NCBI RefSeq assembly: GCF_009914755.1
Contig: NC_060943.1
Source of the DNA: the human T2T-CHM13v2.0 reference genome, Homo sapiens
Length of the DNA stretch: 64,000 nucleotides
Strand: one strand, 5' to 3'
The notes under the pieces were generated by a model. It saw only the letters and a list, made by a program, of their open reading frames with translations, was not told the origin of the DNA and searched no databases. The translations under genes and the position numbers were made by a program. Positions 45,420 to 64,000 of the stretch are shown here, in pieces. Position 1 is the first letter of the stretch. Each line of letters opens with the position of its first letter.

Positions 45420-48180
45420 CTACGTCTCCTCCTCCACCAGGCCGCCCTCCATCCGCCTGCTGGCACGCTCGGCCCTGGCTTCTCTCTCCTCTTCTCCGTC
45501 TTTCTTTCAGTCGGCCTTCCTCCCTGTTCGTATGTCTTTGGTGTCTAATTTTCTGTTTCTCTTTCTCCCTGTCTTTCTGTCTCTGTATTTTTGACTCTGT
45601 GTGTTAGTCTGTTTCTATTTCTGTCTTTGTCTCTCTTTCTGCCTGTTTCTTTTTTTCTGTGTTGCTGTCAGTCTTTCAGGCTTTAGGTAGCTGTCTATCT
45701 GTTGGTCTCTATGTGTGTGAGTGTATGTGAGTGTGTGTGTGTCCTGCTGCCTGGTGTCTTGATTTCTTGTCTCCTGCCCCCCCCACCCCCCCTTCCAGCT
45801 CCCTGCCTGTAGTTTCTTTGCCTCCTCCCACCTCCCTTCTCCCCGAAGGTTTGGGAAAGGGGTTCGCTGGACACCCGGCACACCCGGCAGAGTAGGATGG
45901 GAAGGAGGAGGGGGTCAGAGGCCATGAGAAGGTCGGCCTTGGGGGAAGGGACTGGACAGCCCCACAGGAGGGGGAGGGGCCACCAAGGGCTGGAGCCGCC
46001 CCACCACTCCCGCCAGCCCCCTCCCCAGATTCCCCACTCAACCCTATTGGGGGAGCAGGAGGACGATGTCACCAGGGTGGGGACCAGATGGCTCTGCATT
46101 CTGGAGCAGGGTGGGAGGAGAGGCCCTGGGGGGGCTGGGGACATCCCGTCCTGGCCACTCTCTGCCAGCCCCCTCCCCTGGCTACAGGAGGGTGTGTTGG
46201 GCGCTGTCAGTGGGGCCAGATCACGTCCAGCTGCTCCCTCTGGTGGTCATACTCGGCAGGACCTCTGCCCGGCCCCAAGCCCTTAGCCTCCCTCCCCTAC
46301 CCTGAAATTAACCCTCTAGTGGCCAACACCCACTGGGGGACAGCACCAACCCGAGGACATGATGATGATGAAGATGATGATGATGGTGAAGATGATGATG
46401 ATGATGCCACCCCTTCTTCAGCGTCTACTCTGAGCCTGGCCTTGTCCTAAAAGCTCATCTATTAACTCATTCTGATCTTGCCAAAGCCCTCTGAAGTTAG
46501 TGCTGTCATCATCACCACTTTACAGCTGGAGGAAGTGGAGACAGAGGTCAGGGAACCTGAACTCTAGGTTACCCAGCTGAGGGCACAGCCGGGATTCAAA
46601 CCCAGGCATCCGGCTCCAGGTTATTTTGCATTCTTTCTTTGGAGATCAGAGTTCATGGATAGATGGATAATTGGTTGTTTTAATCTGGACTAAATTTTAG
46701 TCATTTGGATAGATTCTGTCCACTAAATAAGAAACATAAGTAAATGACACTTGTTAGCTAAGATGAAATAGTAGTAATGTTTATACTCACTCAGCCTTCA
46801 CAGCCACCCTGTGAGATGGGCAGTACTGCTATCCCTGCTTTACAGATGGGGAAACTGAGGCACAGGGAAGTTATGTGATTAGTTTCCTGGCTCTAGTCAG
46901 CTCTAAACCTAACCCCTAGGCTGTACCACCTCATCGCCTGGGGACGAGACTCATCCTGTGATTGAGGAATGCATGCAGCCTCTCTTGACACTGACGCCCA
47001 CGCCCAGAAGCCTCGTTGGAGGATAAGGGGGCTTAACAGCTTGGAGGTCATGCAGATCTGGGTTCCAGGCCCAGTCCTGTGTGGCCTCAGTTTTCCCATC
47101 TGTCAAACGGGGACAATCGTGGCACCCGCTTCCCAGTTGTGGAGAGGACTCAGGTGATGGAGGCAACTCATCCTTTTGGGGTTCAGCACAAGGTGGGCAT
47201 CCCACAGTGGTCGGCAAGCTTGGGGGTGGGCTCCGGATCCAGGTCCTAGAGGAGCAGACCCCAGCAGCTTGTGGTTTGAGCCATGCCCCTCAGCTCTCAG
47301 TTTCCTTCACTGACTATTGGGTATGATAAACAGGGTCCCTGAAAGTGAAGTTGGAGAGCTGAGTGCCAGGGGCACAGAGGGATCTGAACCCACTCTCATA
47401 GGGTGCCCAGCCCAGCAGTCCAGTTCACAAGGAGGAGGATGACAAGGACAATAATAATAGGCCAGGCACGGTGGCTCATTTCTGTAATCCCACATTTTGG
47501 CAGGCTGAAGTGGGAGGATCGCTTGGGGCCAGGAGTTCAAGACAAGCCTGGGCAACATAGAGAAACCCCGACTGTACAAAAAATTAAAAAATTAGCCAGG
47601 CATGGTGTCGCACGCCCATAGTCCCAGCTACTCAGGAAGCTGAGGTGGGAGAATCACTTGAGCCCATGAGGTTGAGGCTACAGTGAGCTATGATTGTGCC
47701 ATTGCACTTCAGCCTGGGTGACAGAGCAAGACCCGGTCTCAAACAAACAAACAAAAAATGAAGTTAATCATAAGACAATGTCAAGTTCAGAGACCTCTGA
47801 GCCCTGTCCAGGATTATACACGTGATCTTAGTGATTTTTCCATTTTGGAGCATGTGAAAATGAGGCACAGAGCTGCTCAAGTTCACACAACCAGGAGTGC
47901 AGTGCCTGGGCCATTCCAGGTTTCCCTGTCACCAGGACCTGTAAACCTGGCCTGCCCATGGGGACGCCAGGTGTGTTGTCCCCGACAAGAGCTCAGGGGA
48001 AGGAAAGTGTGGGGTTAAATACATATCTGTGGTTTTGGAATGTGTGAACATGCAAGTGTGTCAGCCTGCGCATCTGTCACCGTGGCCAACCATGTGCCTG
48101 TTTGCTCAAGCATAGGGTGTGAACCAGTGTGTGTGTTTCTGCTTTTGTGGGTATGTGTGAGAGCGGCGGGTTGTCCTTGA

Positions 48181-48528
<348 letters not shown>

Positions 48529-49479
48529 TGAACTCCTGGCCTCAAGTGATCCTCCCGCCTTGGCCTCCCAAAGTGCTGGGAGTACAGGTGTGAGCCACCG
48601 TACCTGGCCATGTTTGGCCATGCATCTTAGAATGCATTTATGTGCGGTGTGCACATACTTGTGTGTTTCTGTATGGCCATTTGTGGGTGGGTCTTCACAT
48701 AAACATGCATTTTTGTGGCCAGTTTGTGAGTGTAGATGGTGATGTGGCTATGTCTTTGACTGTATCTCTGTGTGGCCATCCATCTACATGAGCGTGCGTG
48801 GGTCTGTGTAGACATAAATGTGCTTGTTCTGGTATTTTGTGACTGGCATAAAAGGTGTTGGCTGTGTGTCCGGGTCTTTGGGTTTCTCTATCAGTGTGTC
48901 ATTCTGTGTGTGTCTGCTTCTATGGATGTACATACATACATGGTTTTGTCTGGTTTTGTACCTGTATATCTGGGTCTTTGGGATTGTGTGTGGGTGTGTG
49001 TGTGTGGTGCATTTCTGGGGATCTCACCACAGCAGATAGCGCACATGCGCGCGCACACACACACACACACACACACCTCCCTCCCGTCCTCTAAAACAGC
49101 CCTGTTAAGGACCTCACGGAGCACTGGGATCGGGGGTCAGTGGGCTCCTGGGCAGTCAGGCTGGGTGACCTTCGGCCCTGGCTGGACCCAGTTCCCAGGG
49201 GGCAGCCGCCTCAGCCCAAAAGCTCTTGGAGGCGTGTGTGTTTGTGTGTGTGTGTGTTCACAACCCTGTCCTCCACAATCCTCCTAGCCTCTCCAGCCTG
49301 CCTGCTGGCTGCCTGCTGCTGCTCTCTCTGAACTGAGAGAGTTAACCAAGCGGGCCAGGGCAGTCTGGGCTGGGGGCCGCCCCCTGGCCCCCCTCCAGCC
49401 CCAGCTCCAGTTTCAGCTGCTGGTTGGGGAGGGCATGGGTGGGGTGGGGCTGGGAGGGGAGGCTGCTGGGGGCGGCGCG

Positions 49480-49938
49480 TCCAGCTCTGGGCCAGGGGGT
49501 CCAAAGTGCTCAGCCCCCGGGGCACAGCAGGACGTTTGGGGGCCTTCTTTCAGCAGGGGACAGCCCGATTGGGGTGAGCGTCCCCCACTCCTTCCCTCCA
49601 GGCCTCACCCCTGGTCTGGCTGGGCCGCCTATTTTGGGAGCAGGAGTGGCCAGCCCGAGGCTTCCCAGGCAGGCCAACCCAAGAGGGAGGGAGTGTGGTT
49701 GAGGCAGTGGGTTCTGCAGGGTGGGATGTGGGTGACTCCTCCCTGCCCTGCTGGTGCGTGTGCACCCTGGCAGGGTGTGGAGTTGGGACACACACGTGTG
49801 TAGGGCTGGTTGCGTCACTGCGTGGGGGCACCGGAGGCCCAGAGGAGGAGTATTGGATGCCTGACGGTGTTTACACCCCACGTCCTGCTCCAACCAGCAG
49901 TTTGGGGAGAGGTTGTTGTTCATGTCCATTCCGGCCCC

Positions 49939-49979
<41 letters not shown>

Positions 49980-50442
49980 CCCTGCCCCAGCATGTGTTTT
50001 CTATCTCTAAGGCCCACTGGGCTGGGCCTCATGTCACTTGCCTGACATCCGATTGTGAAAGATGTCACCCAGAGGCGGGCAGAGGGGCTGTCTTTTCCTT
50101 TTCTCGTTGCTGCCCAGGGAGGAGACGGGGTGGCCTTTCCCACAGGGGCAGCCTGTGGCGATGTGGCAGCTGGGCCTCACCCCGGCAGGGCTGTGCGTGA
50201 CCCCCTGAGTGGGGGAAGGCAGGCTGTTGCCATGGTGGCCTGAGCGAGCAGAATTCCTCCAGGGTGAAGTGGGAGATATTTATACCCGGGGTCAGGCCGC
50301 GAGCGGGCGGGCGGAGAGGGCAGGGAGCTGGGATTTCGCGGGGCACAGTGAGGCCGGGCATGTAGGCAGGTGGGACTTGGGCGTGCCCTGCTGTCTCCTG
50401 CTCTGTGTTTGTGTGAGGCAGCGCCTCCTCTGCCCTGCCAGG
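49480..50442 (+). promoter_or_regulatory. FXYD1: FXYD1 alternative non-coding first exons and promoters
   Basis: Donors at 49573|gtgagc and 50442|gtaggt can both join acceptor 50751; AT-rich TATA/MEF2-like element ATATTTATA near 50276. Starts approximate. Confidence 0.6.
49941..49977. repeat. (TG)n microsatellite
   Basis: About 18 perfect units in the FXYD1 5' region; shorter CA/TG runs at ~34029 and ~49055. Confidence 0.95.
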
Positions 50443-50754
50443 GTAGGTCTGGGAATCGGGGGCCTGCTGCGGGAGGTGGAGGCCCAAGGGAGGCCCCCCG
50501 GGGACTGTGTGTCTCACCCCCGTCCCTGCTACGTTGTGTTGTTGTGTGATCCCATCGTGGAGGTTGTTTTGGTGACACTGTGTCCCCACGAAGCTGGGGA
50601 TACCCGTTTCTCTAGCTTGGAGCCACCAAGATAGAGGACAAACACTTCTGTGATTCAGTCCCCAGACTGTCTCTGACTTAATCCCTTGGGTTCAAGCCCT
50701 ATGTGGGAGAGCAAGGGCACACACTGCCTAATCCGTGGTGTCCCCCCCAGGACA

Positions 50755-53370
50755 ATGGCGTCTCTTGGCCACATCTTGGTTTTCTGTGTGGGTCTCCTCA
50801 CCATGGCCAAGGCAGGTGAGTGCAGGGGAGGCTGCCCGCTACCCACCTCAGCCCCAGGGGTGGCGGTGGGGACCGAAGAACCAAGTTGGAGACCCCAACC
50901 TAGACTAAGTCGGCTGGGGTACCAAGAAGTTTGGGGGTCTCCACGTGGGGTCCAGTCACAGGCTGGTATTTGGGGGAGGGGAGAGGAAGCCCCAGATCAG
51001 GCAAAGATGGGGTGGGATGGGGCTGAATCCCCGATGGGATAACTGGGTCACAGACAGCCTGCCGTGAGTCAGGGAGCTGGGGCAGTTAGGTGCCACCTGC
51101 CCCATCTGGGACAGTGCAGAGGGGGCAGCTGGGACCCAGAGAGTGTGGGCAGCCTGCCCAGACACCCTCAGACTCTAAGCCCAGCAAGGCAGAGCCTCCA
51201 GTGGTCTCCTCATGCCCCTCCCTGCCAGGACCCCAGGAAGCATTCAACCCCTGATTTCTCTCTCTTTCCAGAAAGTCCAAAGGAACACGACCCGTTCACT
51301 TACGGTGAGCGGGGGGTCTAATTTTGAGTCCTGGGGGAGAGCCTGGCTTTGCTGGTCCTTTGATTCCCCCTCGCCCTCCCCCAGAGTCCCAGTATTGATA
51401 TCTCTGTCATTCTCCTTCCCTCTATTTTGTCCTTCCTCTCTGATTCCACCTGTCTGCATCTTTTCCTGTCTGTGTCTATCTGTGTCACTGTCTATGTGAT
51501 ACCTCTCTGGTTCTCTTTCTCTTGCCTGCGTCTGTCTCAGCATCTCGTGGCCCATCCTCTGCTTCTTCCCGTCTTCTCTCCCCCCTGTCCTCCTCCTCCC
51601 TGTCCCCTCCCTCCCTTTCCTATACACCCCTTTCCTCTCCCTGGTACCCCACTTTCCTCCTCCCATATCTGCTCCCCCTTAATTATCTTACTTCCCCCCT
51701 TCTGCCTGCTGGTCCTTTCTCCCTGTTCCCTCCTTCCCAATTTACCCCTCTCCTATTCTCCCTCCTGTCTTCCCTGCCCTCACCTTCCCTGCTCTGCTGC
51801 TCACAGACTACCAGTCCCTGCAGATCGGAGGCCTCGTCATCGCCGGGATCCTCTTCATCCTGGGCATCCTCATCGTGCTGAGTGAGTGCCCCTAGCTCCC
51901 GCCCTCTACCCCGCCTCTCCCTGGCCCCACCTCTCTCTGGCCCCGCTTCTCCCTGGTCCCGCCCCTCCCTGGCCCCGCCCCGCCCCAACCCCTCCCAGGC
52001 CTTGCCCCGCCTACCCTGCCTTGGTTCCCCGGCCCCCGGTCTCGCCTCTAGCCCCGCCCCGTCCCCCAAGCCCCGCCCCTCGCGAGGGCGAGCTGGAGCT
52101 ACAGCGCCGCTTGGCGCCCGCCGGGAGGGAGCCTCAGCTTCTCCTACCTCTCCACGCCCACAGGCAGAAGATGCCGGTGCAAGTTCAACCAGCAGCAGAG
52201 GTAAGACGCCCCTCCCCGCCCTCCTTCGCCCGCTCCTGCTCTGGAGGGCGCCGCGGGTGAGGCGGGGAGTACCCCTGACCCGCAGCCCGATCCCCGTCAG
52301 CGACTATGTATTAAGCACCTACTATGTGCCATGGCCCAAGCCTGGCCCTGGGACCAAACGAGGAAAAAACCTCCCGCCCTTCCTGGCCGAGCTCCCAGCC
52401 TAGTGGAGGCGGTGGCCGTGGGTTCCAACAGCCCCACAGATAGAAAAATCACAAAGCGTGATAACACAAAGTGCAGGAAAGAAGAAACGGCGGTGAAATG
52501 AGATCATCTCACACGCGGCCCAGTTTAGCTTAGAGTCTTGTTCCTAGCTCTTTGATTCCTCTTCGAATAAAATGTTAAAGCATGGACAATGTATGAATAT
52601 GTTAGAACAATTATAGATATTATCATAAGTAGTAGCTAATATTTACTGGGTGTGTACCACGTGTTAGATACGGTTTCACTTCCTCTGGGAGGGAGGTGCT
52701 GTTATTAACCCCATTTGACAGATGAGGAAACTAAGGCACAGGGAGGTAAAGTCACTTTGTTCAAGATCACTCAAGTGGAAGATGGGGGGTTCTGGGTTTC
52801 CAACCCAGGCCATCTCATGGCAGTCTGCCAAGTCCCCATGACTATCCCTCCCCCACCAACTTCACATCCCTGCCCCCAAATCCGCGGAGGTACTCACTGT
52901 TAACCAGCTTAGAAGCCCCCTGCCAGCACATAAGCTGCTCCTGGGTGCTCCTCATTTCTAGCGGACCCCGAGCCTGCTCTTCGTCCATATCTGGGCCTAG
53001 TTACACCAATCTGGGAAAGGAGGCTTGTACTGGGGGGTTCCTAGAAGGGCAGCCTCTCCCCCTTTCCATCCCGAAATCCCTCTGCCTCTGTCTTCCCAGG
53101 ACTGGGGAACCCGATGAAGAGGAGGGAACTTTCCGCAGCTCCATCCGCCGTGAGTCTGGGGAGACTGCGGGTATTCTGGGGAGAGGGCTGGTTCCAAGGA
53201 CCGCTTTTCCCGGCCCTCCCTGGCTGGGTAGAGGGAAGGGCTGGATCTGAAAGCGGAGGGCGGGGAGTTGCCCCGCCGCGGGCCCCACCTGCCCAGGAGC
53301 TGGGGATGCCTCTCCAGAATGACCCCCGATCTCCGTGTTCCCCCCAGGTCTGTCCACCCGCAGGCGGTAG
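50755..53370 (+). CDS. FXYD1: Phospholemman, 92 aa
   Basis: join(50755-50815,51272-51304,51807-51881,52164-52200,53100-53149,53348-53370) = 279 nt; [92 protein letters not shown]; non-coding last exon starts 53545. Confidence 0.98.
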
Positions 53371-53655
53371 AAACACCTGGAGCGATGGAATCCGGCCAGG
53401 TGCTGCAGCTCTGACACGGCGGTGGGAGGGAAGGAGGGAGGAAGGAAAGGCGGGAGAGGGAGGGGGCCAAGTGCCAGAGTTGAAGGGCGGCGAGGGGTGG
53501 GGCTGGACGTCCCCCCTCGCCTCTCACCCTTTTCACCCTCACAGGACTCCCCTGGCACCTGACATCTCCCACGCTCCACCTGCGCGCCCACCGCCCCCTC
53601 CGCCGCCCCTTCCCCAGCCCTGCCCCCGCAGACTCCCCCTGCCGCCAAGACTTCC

Positions 53656-53661
53656 AATAAA
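53656..53661 (+). terminator. FXYD1 polyadenylation signal
   Basis: AATAAA in the terminal exon starting 53545. Confidence 0.85.
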
Positions 53662-53731
53662 ACGTGCGTTCCTCTCGACAGCACTTTGTCGGTCTCGGTC
53701 CCTCAGCGCGAAAGCCCAGCGCCACTGGGCC

Positions 53732-53745
53732 CCAGCAGGGGGCGC
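53732..53745 (+). promoter_or_regulatory. CTCF core motif
   Basis: CCAGCAGGGGGCGC matches the CTCF core consensus CCASYAGRKGGCRS. Confidence 0.7.
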
Positions 53746-53759
53746 CCCACCCTAGAGGA

Positions 53760-53961
53760 AGGGGCGGGGACGACGGTGGTGGGCGGGGGCGGGGGCGGGG
53801 GTGGCCTGCACGGGGGCGGGCTCCCCGGGCCCCCATTGGCTGCAGGCCCCCCCACGCCAGGGCTCCCCCCAGCTCCCCCCCACATCGGTCCGTCCTGCTT
53901 CCAGCTGCTGCAGCGCGCCTTCGCCGCCAAAGCATCCAGCAGCCCCCTGCTCCGGCCCAGC
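53760..53961 (+). promoter_or_regulatory. FXYD7 CpG-rich promoter and 5' UTR
   Basis: Clustered GGGGCGGGG boxes (53761-53820), inverted CCAAT (ATTGG near 53835), CpG-dense. Confidence 0.7.
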
Positions 53962-62301
<8,340 letters not shown>

Positions 62302-64000
62302 GTGAGGGTGAGAAACTGTGTGGTTCTGGGAGAGTTTTAGGTGGGGCAGGGAAGGGAACCCTCAGAAGGGAAGTCGCGGGGATGGACTGGACGCAGGGGG
62401 CGGAGGGGGGGTGGTGCCTGCAGATATCACAGGACAATTCCCTAGGAAGCTGAGGAAATTCCGCAGATGAAAGATGCTAAACCTGGCTGGGCGCGGTGGC
62501 TCATGCCTGTAATTCCAACACTTTGGGAGGCTGAGGCAGGCAGATCACCTGAGGTCAGGAGATCGAGATCAGCCCGGCCAACATGGTGAAACACCGTCTC
62601 TGCTAAAAATGCAAAAATTAGCCGGGCATGGTGGTGCGCACCTGTAATCCCAGCTACTCAGGAGGCTGAGGCAAGAGAATCACCTGAACCTGGGAGGTGG
62701 AGGTTGCAATGAGCTGAGGTTGTGCCACTCCACTCCAGCCTGGGTGATAGAGTGAGACTGTCAAAAAAAAAAAAAAAAAAAAAAAAAGAGGAAGGAAGAA
62801 ATGAAGGAAGGAAGGGAGGGAGGGAGGGAAAAGAAAGATGATGCTAAACCGTGGGGAGGCTGTGGGATGTGACATGTCCCAGAGTCCACAGAGATTCCCA
62901 GAAACAAATGCTCAAGCCTATAAAAGCCAGGACAAGCTGATTTGCCAGGAGAGGAAGACACAGGCCTGTGAAGAGAAGGGCCCCATGTGGGAGGAGCTCT
63001 GTCAATCAGGAGGGAGAGAGAGGGAGCACTGAGGAAGACGGGGAGAGGCTTTCCAGACTTGATCGTTCAGCCAGGCAGATCCAGGATGAAATAGCCGAGG
63101 AAGCGGGACAGAGGGAGGGAGGGAAGGTTTCTGAATAGTTGCATCAAAATAACAAAAAGAGAGATGAATAGAATGCAGATTTTAGAATTCACATTGGAAA
63201 AGAACATATGGGATGCAGGGAATGTGAGGATGGAGAAGAAAGCTGGGAAGAACAGGAGGGGATAGAGTGGAGAGGACGGAGGTGTTGGGGAGAATGTGGG
63301 AAGGAGGAGCCCAGGAAGGAAGGGGAGGAGGATGGGAGGAGGAGGGCGTGGAGGGTGGAGGAGGGAGAATGGGTGTAAGCATGGAAAGTGTAAAGGGAGA
63401 GCGAGAGGGATGCAGGGCAAGCATGTCAACGAAAGACTGATTTCTTTGAGGCTGTTAATTTTAATTATGTAAAAATATCTTGACCTGTTTTTAGTGGAAA
63501 TGCAGCCTTTCTGGAGACTTGTAAAAGAACAGAAATGGGAATTTCTGTGTCTCTTATAAAGTTCTTATAACTAAAAAAAAAAAAAAAAAAAAAAATGCGG
63601 GAGGGGGACACGGGTTATTCAATGGTTGAGAAGTATTTGGTGTGGAATTTGTTTCACGTTCCTTTTTTTTTTTTTTTTTTTTTTTTTGAGACAGAGTCTT
63701 GCTGTGTCCTCTGTTGCCCAGGCTGGAGTGCAGTGGCACGATCTCAGCTTATTACAACACTGCAACCTCTGCGTCCTGGGTTCAAGCGATTCTCCTGCCT
63801 CAGCCTCCCAAATAGCTGGGACTACAGGCACACACCACCACACCCGGCTAATTTTTATATCTTTAGCAGAGATGGTGGTTCACCATTTTGGCCAGGCTGG
63901 TCTCAAACTCCTGACCTCAAACGATCCGCCATCCTCGGCCTCCCAAAGTGCTTGGATTACAGGCGTGAGCCACAGCGCTTGGCCTGTTTCATGTTTATTT

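Noticed and set aside
46358-46406. (GAT)n giving an acidic Asp run in a 120-aa ORF
   Set aside because: Simple repeat upstream of LGI4; no splice or homology support.

Overview
Alu-dense mammalian genomic DNA. The proteins match the human FXYD3-LGI4-FXYD1-FXYD7 cluster (recognised from memory as 19q13.12, next to HPN). The right two-thirds holds four spliced genes reconstructed exon by exon from GT-AG boundaries: FXYD3 (+, 87 aa, with an intronic mirtron-type hairpin, MIR6887), LGI4 (-, 537 aa), FXYD1/phospholemman (+, 92 aa) and FXYD7 (+, last exon beyond the window). The left ~17.5 kb looks intergenic but contains seven ordered, phase-compatible, decayed exons of a Cys-rich D-domain protein (TIL-TILa-VWD-C8 repeated about 2.5 times, two intact GDPH motifs). 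This is an unprocessed FCGBP/zonadhesin/alpha-tectorin-like pseudogene and the main finding. Also present: two solo ERV LTRs (LTR2-like inside an Alu, LTR5-like in LGI4 intron 6), a three-layer Alu/MADE1/Alu nest, several minisatellites, an intronic polyA route to an LRR-only LGI4, and a strong CTCF motif between FXYD1 and FXYD7. Repeat subfamily names and gene identities come from recall, not database searches.
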